From positions 220,228 through 284,227 of the forward strand of contig MHCJ01000003.1 of NCBI GenBank assembly GCA_001816585.1: 64,000 nt of DNA. Direction: 5' to 3'. The notes under the pieces were generated by a model, which was given only the letters and a program-made list of their open reading frames with translations, searched no databases and was not told the DNA's origin. Below are positions 11,980 through 19,622 of this stretch, piece by piece (positions within the stretch are counted from its first letter, which is position 1; every line of letters starts with the position of its first letter). This DNA comes from Candidatus Chisholmbacteria bacterium RIFCSPHIGHO2_01_FULL_52_32. Lineage in GTDB: Bacteria > Patescibacteriota > Microgenomatia > UBA1400 > Chisholmbacteraceae. A program made the position numbers and the translations under genes.

Positions 11980-12989
11980 AACAAGTTAAAAGTTTAAAGT
12001 TAAAAGTTAAAAGTTCTTCATTCGGCTTTACGCTGATTGAGATTATGGTTGCGGTGATGGTGATCAGCTTCATGTCCGGAGGAGGAGTGGCAGCGTATCG
12101 ACGCTTAAATGATCGGGCCCTGGTCGAAGGCGCAGCCAAACAAGTCGAGCAGGCGCTGCGGGAGACGCAGAAACGGGCTTCTTCAGGAGTGAAGCCAACG
12201 GGGTGCAGCGGAGCGTTGGCCTCGTATTCGATCTCAATGGGCGGGGCGCTCGGTGAGGATCGATATTCGATTCAAGCTGACTGCGCGACGACCGATCCTG
12301 CGGCGGAAACGTTTGATCTCCCAACCGGCACCCGTTTTCCACTGGAAAAAAGAGTCAGTTTCCCGGCTTTGGGAAAGGGGGCAACTCCGGAAACGATATG
12401 GGTGCAGAATGACTCGCAGCAGATTACGTATGAACTCCGTGTCAGTCAGGGTGGGTCCCTGAGCGGTTTGGGGCAGGCAGAGGGAGCCGTGCCAACCCCG
12501 ACGCCGACACCGATCCCGGAGGCGGCAAACTTGGTTCCCAACCCGGGCTTTGAGATAGGCTCGCCTGCCTCCTGGGGTACGAGTTCCTCCGGATGCAGTA
12601 TCACCCCAACCTATCAATGGACCTCCACTACAAAGCATAGCGGGACGTATGCGGTGGGGATTAAATATACCGGAGCTGTGGGCTGCACGGCTCAATATCA
12701 GACCTCATCGACTGCGGCCCCTGTTATTGCGGGGTCATCGTATTACTTCTCCGGTTGGATCAAAGCCTCGGGAGTGGTGAACAAGGCATTTCTTCGGGTC
12801 AGTTTTTACAACTCCTCTGGGTTGCTTATTACGAGCGTGAACTCGGCTTCGCAGGTGGGAACGACGTCCTGGACCCAGGTAACACAAACCATGAGTGCTC
12901 CGTCCGGTGCTGTGTCGGCGCGTATTCATGTCCGCCTGCTTGACGCCGGAACAGCGTACTTCGATGATCTCATGTTCGCCAAGCTCTAA
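11976..12989 (+). CDS. minor pilin with C-terminal carbohydrate-binding-module-like beta-sandwich domain
   Basis: Start overlaps the previous gene stop (ATGA). Prepilin-like N-terminus FGFTLIEIMVAVMVISF, a PTPTPTPIPE linker, then LVPNPGFEIGS...W...YFDDLMFAKL, resembling CBM4/9-type sugar-binding modules. Confidence 0.7.
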   Translation: MKQVKSLKLKVKSSSFGFTLIEIMVAVMVISFMSGGGVAAYRRLNDRALVEGAAKQVEQALRETQKRASSGVKPTGCSGALASYSISMGGALGEDRYSIQADCATTDPAAETFDLPTGTRFPLEKRVSFPALGKGATPETIWVQNDSQQITYELRVSQGGSLSGLGQAEGAVPTPTPTPIPEAANLVPNPGFEIGSPASWGTSSSGCSITPTYQWTSTTKHSGTYAVGIKYTGAVGCTAQYQTSSTAAPVIAGSSYYFSGWIKASGVVNKAFLRVSFYNSSGLLITSVNSASQVGTTSWTQVTQTMSAPSGAVSARIHVRLLDAGTAYFDDLMFAKL

Positions 12990-12996
12990 GGCACAT

Positions 12997-13461
12997 ATGC
13001 TTCGGAAAAATGGTCAAACCATGGTTGAGATGTTGGTTGCGGTGGCCATCGTTGTGTTGGTGTTGGTTGCGGTGGTATCAAGGGTGGTGGCAGCGGTCGC
13101 GAGTGCGAATTTTGCCAGGAATCAAGCCCTTTCCACCCGATTTTCCCAGGAAGGCCTTGAATGGGCGCGTTCCCAACGGGACTCGCTCGGTTGGGCCGGT
13201 TTTTCACCCTATGTCTCAAGCAGTCCTACTTACTGCGTTCCTGATCTTACGCAGGGAATCGGTTCGCTGACTTCCGGGAGTTGTTTGACAACCGCGACAA
13301 TTCCCGGGACGATCTTTTTACGCGAGGTGAGATTTATCTACGTTGCTCCCGGAGGTCAAGAGCCCTATACCGATATTATTTCAACCGTTTCTTGGAGAGA
13401 TCGGGTCGGGTGGCATCGTTCTACTCTCGCGACCCGATTAACACGGTGGAGCACACAATAA
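12997..13461 (+). CDS. pseudopilin (minor pilin)
   Basis: Preferred start MLRKNGQTMVEMLVAVAIVVLVLVAV at ATG 12997; the track ORF 12895 would overlap the previous gene. Hydrophobic prepilin-like N-terminus. Confidence 0.65.
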   Translation: MLRKNGQTMVEMLVAVAIVVLVLVAVVSRVVAAVASANFARNQALSTRFSQEGLEWARSQRDSLGWAGFSPYVSSSPTYCVPDLTQGIGSLTSGSCLTTATIPGTIFLREVRFIYVAPGGQEPYTDIISTVSWRDRVGWHRSTLATRLTRWSTQ

Positions 13462-13466
13462 AAATA

Positions 13467-13997
13467 ATGGGGAAAATTTCTGAACGCGGCTATACGATGA
13501 TGGAACTGATTATGGTCGTGGGGATTGTTGCCCTGCTGTCCTTGACTGCCACTGCCCTTCTCTTGGCGAGTCTTTCCGGAACCGGAAAGGCATCTGCCTT
13601 GGCGGTGGTCAAGCAAAATGGGGACTTTGCAATTGGGGTTATCGAACGTCTAGTTCGGGATGGCATGGGGGTTTCTTGTACTACCGTCGCAGGATTTGAC
13701 GAACTTACGGTGACCGATGCCAACGGAACGACGACTTTTAAAGTCGAGAATGACACGTCTCTCGTGCCTGCAGTTCCCCGAATTGCATCCAATTCGGCCA
13801 GTTTTCCGCAAAACTATTTAACCAGTGAGAAAATCCAGGCCTCAAACTTTCAATGCACGCATGCCGCCGGTTCGGATGGCGTCCCTGACGTCGTTTTCGC
13901 CTCTTTTCACCTCACTGTCGGTAATCCCGGCGTGGATCGACCTTCGGATGTCGCACAGGATACGTTTGAGACCCGGGTATCCCTGCGAACCTACTAG
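13467..13997 (+). CDS. pseudopilin (minor pilin)
   Basis: Preferred start MGKISERGYTMMELIMVVGIVALLSL at ATG 13467; the track ORF starts at 13281. Confidence 0.65.
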   Translation: MGKISERGYTMMELIMVVGIVALLSLTATALLLASLSGTGKASALAVVKQNGDFAIGVIERLVRDGMGVSCTTVAGFDELTVTDANGTTTFKVENDTSLVPAVPRIASNSASFPQNYLTSEKIQASNFQCTHAAGSDGVPDVVFASFHLTVGNPGVDRPSDVAQDTFETRVSLRTY

Positions 13998-14010
13998 GGG
14001 CGGAGAATAC

Positions 14011-14110
14011 AGGGTATAGCGTATAGGGTTTAGGGTTTAGGGTATAGGGTATAGGACAGAAGGCAGAGGACAGAAGACAGAGAAAAGAAAACAGAGAACA
14101 GAGAAACAGA
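14011..14110. repeat. (TTTAGGG/TATAGGG)n heptamer array followed by an (ACAGAR)n purine-rich repeat
   Basis: agggtatagcgtatagggtttagggtttagggtatagggtatagg, then acagaaggcagaggacagaagacagagaaaagaaaacagagaacagagaaacagac. The heptamers are the reverse complement of the CCCTAAA array at 11501. Confidence 0.9.
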
Positions 14111-14190
14111 CATTCTTTCACAAGCGTTTGCCCTTCACGTTCACTTCTCGTCGGTTGACACGATCAGCGGCATGCGGCTACAATGGATCT

Positions 14191-14964
14191 ATGAAGCGGA
14201 GCTTTTCCTGGCAGTATGGAAGAGGTCAAAGCGGTCAGGTTGGTATTGTTATCCTTCTTTTGACTGTAGTTCTGTTGACGATCGGACTTTCGATTGCCTC
14301 CCGTACCATTACCGATGTTCGTCTTTCGCGTCAGGAAGAGGAAAGCTCGCGGGCATTTAACGCGGCAGAGGCCGGGATTGAGGAAGCGCTTCGGCTAAAC
14401 CTGTCCGCATTGATCGCAGCCGGCGGGGCGGGGTCTGTGACGGTTGGCGGAATTACGGCAAATTATCGAGTGGCTGAAGAAAACACGCTTGAGACCCAGA
14501 TTGATGAAGGTGAGACTATCGAGGTGAATGTCGCAGGACTCGGAAGCGGCAACCAGGTTTCCATCGATTGGGCGCGGGATACTTGTCCGTCCGCCGCATC
14601 CGTTGTGGTTGCGGTGTACAACGGGACTTCGACAACCATCCGAAGGACTCCTTATCAGGGTTGCCCCCGAGGTGATAACTTTGCTTCATCGAGTCCTGGC
14701 GTGGATGGGTACCAATTCCGCACAATTGTTTCCCTTGCGAATGGCGACCAGTTCATTCGGGTCCGTGCCGTGTATGCCGGGACCCAGTTGCGTGTGTTGG
14801 GTGCCGGAGGTACGGCTTTGCCCGTCCAGTTTTGGCGAATCCGCTCGGAAGCACAGACCCTTGGAGGAGAGACACGCTCGGTTGAGGTTACTCAAACTCC
14901 CCCTGCTCCTCCGTCCATTTTCGACTTTGTCATTTTTTCAGGGAGCTCTCTAACGAAACCATAG
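14191..14964 (+). CDS. PilX-like minor pilin
   Basis: Preferred start MKRSFSWQYGRGQSGQVGIVILLLTVVLLTIGLSIA at ATG 14191 (track ORF 14128). Single N-terminal TM, then a predicted extracellular domain. Confidence 0.55.
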   Translation: MKRSFSWQYGRGQSGQVGIVILLLTVVLLTIGLSIASRTITDVRLSRQEEESSRAFNAAEAGIEEALRLNLSALIAAGGAGSVTVGGITANYRVAEENTLETQIDEGETIEVNVAGLGSGNQVSIDWARDTCPSAASVVVAVYNGTSTTIRRTPYQGCPRGDNFASSSPGVDGYQFRTIVSLANGDQFIRVRAVYAGTQLRVLGAGGTALPVQFWRIRSEAQTLGGETRSVEVTQTPPAPPSIFDFVIFSGSSLTKP

Positions 14965-14968
14965 ATAC

Positions 14969-16000
14969 TTGCCCATGGCGCGCCTCATTGGTCTTGACCT
15001 TGGAAGTTTTTCCATCAAAGTTGTCTGTCTGTCGAAACACGGAAAGGGGTATCGACTTGAGGCAATTGGTATCGCTCTCAACCCCTATGGTGCGAGGCCC
15101 GGCGGTGATGACGCAAGTCAGGTAAAGGTCGCCGAGGCGGTAAAAAAACTTCTTTCAGATACCCGACTGTCCTCTGCCAAGGCAATGCTGGCGCTCCCGG
15201 AATCCTCGGTGTATACCAGAGTGGTTGAGATGCCTTCCCTCTCCGATTCCGAACTCGCTTCCGCGATCCACTGGGAGGCTGAGCAATACGTTCCTGTCCC
15301 TTTGGATCAAGTCAATATTGATTACGAAGTGATATCCCGACCCGATAAGAGTAGCGAGAAAGAAAAGATGGAGATATTTTTGGTGGCGGCGCCGAAAACG
15401 GTCGTCTCAAGAACCGTCGAATTTGCCTCAAAGTGCGGTATTGAAGTGGTGGGATTGGAAACCGAGATGGTGTCGCTGGCGCGGGTGATGGTTCCTGAAG
15501 ATCAAGGACTCGGGCCAACAATGCTGATTTCTCTCGGGGCGTCAAGTACGAACCTGGCTGTGGTACGGGACGGAATGCTCGTTCTGACGCACTCCATTGA
15601 ATCCGGCGGAACGGCTCTGACGCGTGCGATCGCAACCGAGTTTGGACTGGATTTTCCCCAGGCTGAGGAGTACAAGCGAAGTTATGGTCTTGAGCCAACC
15701 CAGCTTGAGGGCAAGGTGCGGAACGCGTTGCTGCCTTTGGTTGATCGACTCCTTTCTGACGTGCGAAAGGCCATCCAATACTACAATTCCTCCAACCAGG
15801 AAGCCCCGATTAAACGAGCGGTTCTGGCGGGGGGAACGGCGCTTCTTCCAGGACTCGTGTCTTATGCTGCGGTGAACTTTGGTATGGAGGTTGTAATGGG
15901 AAATGCGTTTTCATTCGTTGAACCGTCTGCCAACGCCGCAATTCCTCAAGATACGGTTTCTTTTGGTACTGCAGTGGGGCTCGCGATGCGCGTCTTATGA
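14969..16000 (+). CDS. pilM: type IV pilus assembly protein PilM (actin-like ATPase fold)
   Basis: 343 aa. N-terminus LIGLDLGSFSIKVV, typical of PilM/FtsA-like proteins. Followed by PilN/PilO-like genes. Confidence 0.8.
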   Translation: MPMARLIGLDLGSFSIKVVCLSKHGKGYRLEAIGIALNPYGARPGGDDASQVKVAEAVKKLLSDTRLSSAKAMLALPESSVYTRVVEMPSLSDSELASAIHWEAEQYVPVPLDQVNIDYEVISRPDKSSEKEKMEIFLVAAPKTVVSRTVEFASKCGIEVVGLETEMVSLARVMVPEDQGLGPTMLISLGASSTNLAVVRDGMLVLTHSIESGGTALTRAIATEFGLDFPQAEEYKRSYGLEPTQLEGKVRNALLPLVDRLLSDVRKAIQYYNSSNQEAPIKRAVLAGGTALLPGLVSYAAVNFGMEVVMGNAFSFVEPSANAAIPQDTVSFGTAVGLAMRVL

Positions 16001-16545
16001 ATATATCAATTAACCTTCTTAAGGAGTCTCAACATCTTCAAGCCCGTTTGCGCCGCATGGGGCTTATGCTTCAGACAGGGAGCCTGGTCGTCTTAGTCGC
16101 TTTTGCCGCGGTGGTTTTTTTTACCATAAGCTATCTCGTTTGGTCTCAGACACAGGCTAACCGGCTAAATTCGGATATCGACCAAGCCAAGGTGAGCATT
16201 GAGGAAATGCGACCCCGGGAATCCAAGCTGTTGTATGTGAAGCAGAAGCTTTCCTTTGCCACGCGCGTTCTTGGCGAACCGGGTCTGCGGCACGATTTAG
16301 CAACCGAGCTTTACCGGATTGCTGAAGGAGAAGTCGAGGTTTCGCATATGACGATCAGCGGGGGAGATGAGGCGTTCAGGGTTGAAGCTCAAGCCTCCGA
16401 CGTTTTTTCTCTGGTCCGTTTGCTTGATTTAGTTATGACTTTTGCCGGTGAGAACGAGATAAACCGGATATCCGGAGAGAGCTTTACCCGCACGGAAGAG
16501 GGAGGCTACCAATTTTCCGTTTTGCTGGCTCTGGGAGGCGAGTGA
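15997..16545 (+). CDS. pilN: PilN-like bitopic membrane protein
   Basis: 182 aa. Short cytoplasmic N-terminus, one TM (LVVLVAFAAVVFFTISYLVW), coiled-coil periplasmic part. Start overlaps the pilM stop. Confidence 0.5.
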   Translation: MNISINLLKESQHLQARLRRMGLMLQTGSLVVLVAFAAVVFFTISYLVWSQTQANRLNSDIDQAKVSIEEMRPRESKLLYVKQKLSFATRVLGEPGLRHDLATELYRIAEGEVEVSHMTISGGDEAFRVEAQASDVFSLVRLLDLVMTFAGENEINRISGESFTRTEEGGYQFSVLLALGGE

Positions 16546-17375
16546 TGAAAATCGAATTTCCTTCACAAATTTCATTTCGACACTTACTTCAGATTAAGAA
16601 GTATGTCTACTTTCCGCTCATCACGCTGGTGGTGGTGTCGGCTCTGTTGGTTTTTGTGATCATCCCGACGTTTCGAAATTTGACCTTGCTCAGATCGGAA
16701 ATTTCACGGAGAAAGGAGATACAAAGAGGGCTCGAGATGAAGATTGAAATCCTTCGGGGTCTTGATGAAGCTCGTCTGCTTGAACAGGTGGAGACGCTCG
16801 AGAAGGCGATTCCCAGCCGAAAAGATGTATTCTTACTCCTCACTTCTCTCAATGGGTTGGCCTCTCAGACGGGGGTGGCTTTGGGGAGCTTTTCACTTAG
16901 CCCCGGAAGTCTGGCTACCGGGGCAGCAACGGGCTCCGCCACCAGCCAACCGGATAGACCTGCGGAAACCGGTTCGGGCAGGGCCGCCGCTTCCTCACAG
17001 CTTGCCTCAATAGAGGTCGGCATTGAAGTACTAGGCCCTTTTGAGGGAGTCCAGATGTTTCTTTCCGGTTTGGAACATGTTGTTCCTCTCATGAGGCTGA
17101 CCTCTGTGGATCTCGCACCCGCGACTTTAGAAACCCCCGTTTTCGCTTCTACATCCTCGGCTTTCCCTTTGGTTTCGGATATCACCGCAAACGCAATCCT
17201 TGGAATGTTTTACGCTCCTCTCCCGACCGAGCTCGGGGCCGTTACCGATCCCATTGAGACTCCTTCCGAAACTGAACAGGGGGTATACGAACAGCTACTT
17301 TCCTTTACTTCATTTCCGGCTTCTTCATCCGCCAACATTCCGACCGGCCGGGAGGATGTCTTTGCGCCGTTCTAA
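16542..17375 (+). CDS. pilO: PilO-like bitopic membrane protein
   Basis: 277 aa. One TM then coiled coil, Ser/Ala-rich linker. Start overlaps the pilN stop. Confidence 0.45.
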   Translation: MMKIEFPSQISFRHLLQIKKYVYFPLITLVVVSALLVFVIIPTFRNLTLLRSEISRRKEIQRGLEMKIEILRGLDEARLLEQVETLEKAIPSRKDVFLLLTSLNGLASQTGVALGSFSLSPGSLATGAATGSATSQPDRPAETGSGRAAASSQLASIEVGIEVLGPFEGVQMFLSGLEHVVPLMRLTSVDLAPATLETPVFASTSSAFPLVSDITANAILGMFYAPLPTELGAVTDPIETPSETEQGVYEQLLSFTSFPASSSANIPTGREDVFAPF

Positions 17376-17440
17376 AAATAAAGAATAAAGAGTAAAGATT
17401 AAAGAGTAAGGAGTAAAGAATAAAGAAAAAAGACTTCGTA
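17376..17440. repeat. (RTAAAGA)n tandem repeat in the convergent pilO/khpA spacer
   Basis: aataaagaataaagagtaaagattaaagagtaaggagtaaagaataaagaaaaaag. Confidence 0.85.
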
Positions 17441-17475
17441 CTTATTACCTAGTCCTTAATACTTAACTCTAAAGA

Positions 17476-17772
17476 CTAGGGGGTTTCTTCGGCTTGAGGA
17501 GGTTCAACCTGAGAGGGGGCTTGGTGTGAGGCGGCCGGCGGTTCTACGAGATCGACACGGACACGTTTCCCCTGCTTCATGGCAGCCAGACGCATGAGGG
17601 TACGGAGGGCGGTGATGATTTTTCCTTCCTTTCCAATGACCCTTCCGATGTCTTCCTGGTGGACCTTGAGTCTTAAGGTTGATGACCCTTGTTCATCCAC
17701 TATTTCTTCAACAGAGACTTCCTCAGGATGGTCCACAATTTTGCTCACGATGTCCAGGAGGAGTTGGTTCAC
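17476..17772 (-). CDS. khpA: KH-domain RNA-binding protein (KhpA/YlqC-like)
   Basis: KH core VNQLLLDIVSKIVDHPEEVSVEE...IGRVIGKEGKIITALRTLMRLAA. Likely GTG start at 17772 forming a GTGA start/stop overlap with rpsP; the track ORF extends to 17829, which would overlap rpsP by 60 nt. Confidence 0.6.
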   Translation of the reverse strand: MNQLLLDIVSKIVDHPEEVSVEEIVDEQGSSTLRLKVHQEDIGRVIGKEGKIITALRTLMRLAAMKQGKRVRVDLVEPPAASHQAPSQVEPPQAEETP

Positions 17773-17999
17773 GCTTTTTTCTCCAAAAGGCGCACCGTTT
17801 GGGTGGGCTGTGCACCTTTCTTTAACCAAGCATTGTAACGCTCTTTATTAATCCTCACGGTCGCCGGTTCCGTAAGGGGGTCGTAGATGCCGAGATTTTC
17901 GAAGTATTTCCCATTCGACTTACTTCGGTCAACCGCCACGACTATCCTGTATTTTCGCTGGTTTCGTTTTCCTGTCGGAAAAAGCTTTATCTTAAGCAT
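17769..17999 (-). CDS. rpsP: 30S ribosomal protein S16
   Basis: MLKIKLFPTGKRNQRKYRIVVAVDRSKSNGKYFENLGIYDP matches S16. Confidence 0.9.
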   Translation of the reverse strand: MLKIKLFPTGKRNQRKYRIVVAVDRSKSNGKYFENLGIYDPLTEPATVRINKERYNAWLKKGAQPTQTVRLLEKKA

Positions 18000-18012
18000 G
18001 TCGTTTATTGTA

Positions 18013-18699
18013 TCAGGAAGGGTTCAATTTCTCAAGGGCTGACCGGGCTCCTTCTTGCTGGGCTTGTTGCTTGCTCTTCCCTACCCCTTTGGCGACCCGT
18101 TCTCCGTTCACGAGCACCGCCACGGTGAATATCTTACTATGATCCGGTCCTTCTTCTTTTTCCACCCTGTAGATTGGAGCCGGGAGGCCTTTAGCCTGGA
18201 CCTTTTCCTGGAGGAGACTTTTGGCATCCCTGTCTAAATGATTGGTAATGATTTCTTCAAGGATGGGAAAGAGGTGTTTTTTCACGAACGCTTTAACCGT
18301 TGTTTTCCCGCTATCCTTGTAGATTGCGCCCACCATGGCCTCGAACACGTTTGCCAGAAGCTGTGGGTTTTCCCTCCCGCCTGTCGCATCTTCCCCTTTG
18401 GAAAGACGGAGATGGCTTCCTAACTTCAGCACCTGGGCAATCCGGGCAAGGGTTTCCGTCTTTACCAGAGATGATCGGAGAGCCGTAAGCGTTCCTTCCG
18501 GTTCTTCGGGGAATTTTTCATAGAGCTCTTCGGTTACTACCAATTCAAGCACAGCATCTCCCAAGAATTCGAGGCGTTCATTGGACTGAGTTCTTTCTTT
18601 CGGATGTTCGTTTAACCAGGAACGATGGGTTAGCGCTTGGAGAACGAGTCCTTCATCCTTTATCGGTATTCCCCTGATTTTCTTTGGGTGTTTCTTCAT
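18013..18699 (-). CDS. rnc: ribonuclease III
   Basis: Signature ERLEFLGDAVLELVVTEELY plus C-terminal dsRBD. Confidence 0.9.
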   Translation of the reverse strand: MKKHPKKIRGIPIKDEGLVLQALTHRSWLNEHPKERTQSNERLEFLGDAVLELVVTEELYEKFPEEPEGTLTALRSSLVKTETLARIAQVLKLGSHLRLSKGEDATGGRENPQLLANVFEAMVGAIYKDSGKTTVKAFVKKHLFPILEEIITNHLDRDAKSLLQEKVQAKGLPAPIYRVEKEEGPDHSKIFTVAVLVNGERVAKGVGKSKQQAQQEGARSALEKLNPS

Positions 18700-18706
18700 T
18701 GCGGCC

Positions 18707-18934
18707 TCAGGTTTCTTGGAAAAACGCGACGATATCGTTTACGGTCCGAAGCTTTCTCGCATCTTGAGGAGTCACGTGTTGCGAGAATTCCTTTTCAAGC
18801 TTTGTAAAGAGATCGGCAACCTCAAGATCTTCGGCGTTGAGGTCTTTTCGGAGATCTGCATTCGGGGTCAGTTCTTGAGCGGCGATACCCAGTTGATCTG
18901 AGATGATTTTTTTGATTTTTTCTTCGTCGTTCAT
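18707..18934 (-). CDS. acyl-carrier-protein-like protein with Asp in place of the phosphopantetheine-attachment Ser
   Basis: 75 aa. Aligns along its length with bacterial ACP ([14 protein letters not shown]...[20 protein letters not shown] versus EERVKKIIGEQLGV...[20 protein letters not shown]). The DSLD serine position reads EDLE. Sits in the conserved acpP-rnc synteny. Confidence 0.7.
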   Translation of the reverse strand: MNDEEKIKKIISDQLGIAAQELTPNADLRKDLNAEDLEVADLFTKLEKEFSQHVTPQDARKLRTVNDIVAFFQET

Positions 18935-19353
18935 GACCGGATTTGCCTGTTTGTTTCCCCCTCGTTTCCTTGCGGTTTGGCCCCTCTCCCCTCTTTTTCC
19001 GGGAAGAGTTTTTTCAATGCGCTTCCGAGTACCCCGTTAACGAAAGATGCGCTCGATTGACTGCCGTAGGTTTTGGCAAGCTCAATGGCTTCATCAATGA
19101 CCACTTTCCGCGGTTCTTTTTTTATGAGCAATTCTGTGAGCGCCAGTCTTAATATTGCCAAATCGACTTTATTGATTTTTTCCAATGGCCACTCCGTTGC
19201 GCATGAGCGAATCAGGGCGTCCGATTGGGCTAATCCTTCGATTGCTTTTCTGGCCAATCCCCCCAACTTTCTGTGGGGATGGAAGCTAAAGGCAAATAAC
19301 TCGCGTACCGCTTCTTCCCGCCTTCGATGGCGAGGGTCATCTGCACGTTTCAA
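18931..19353 (-). CDS. nusB: transcription antitermination factor NusB
   Basis: 140 aa. NusB-like helical fold motifs ([12 protein letters not shown]..., ALTELL). Confidence 0.8.
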   Translation of the reverse strand: MKRADDPRHRRREEAVRELFAFSFHPHRKLGGLARKAIEGLAQSDALIRSCATEWPLEKINKVDLAILRLALTELLIKKEPRKVVIDEAIELAKTYGSQSSASFVNGVLGSALKKLFPEKEGRGAKPQGNEGETNRQIRS

Positions 19354-19372
19354 GTATCCCCTTTTTTACTGG

Positions 19373-19528
19373 CTACCATTTGCCGCAAGCAGGACAGATT
19401 CTGTGTGGAAGTTTCTTTGCACCACAATGGGGGCATGTTACGAGGTTACGCGCGGAAAGCCTCCTCTGCCCGCTTCTTCGCTTCCCTTGCCTTCTGGTTG
19501 AAATTTTGCGTTTTGGGAGTGCACCCAT
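19373..19528 (-). CDS. rpmF: 50S ribosomal protein L32
   Basis: Absent from the ORF track (51 aa). My translation MGALPKRKISTRRQGKRRSGQRRLSARNLVTCPHCGAKKLPHRICPACGKW has the basic N-terminus and C4 zinc ribbon of L32. ATG at 19526-19528, TAG at 19373-19375. Confidence 0.7.
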   Translation of the reverse strand: MGALPKRKISTRRQGKRRSGQRRLSARNLVTCPHCGAKKLPHRICPACGKW

Positions 19529-19622
19529 AAGATTAAAGGATAAAGATTAAATATTAAAGAATAAAGACGAACAGCTCACAACTTAACACTAATGACTATT
19601 AGCTAATGGCTAATAGCTAATT

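Noticed and set aside
12895-12996. Upstream extension of the 12997 pseudopilin ORF (track start 12895)
   Set aside because: Would overlap the preceding pilin gene by 95 nt. The prepilin-type hydrophobic N-terminus begins right after ATG 12997.
4411-14055. Heptamer arrays as CRISPR repeats or telomeres
   Set aside because: Units are 7 nt, perfectly tandem with no spacers, and no cas genes are present. CCCTAAA matching the plant telomere repeat is coincidental in a bacterial intergenic region.
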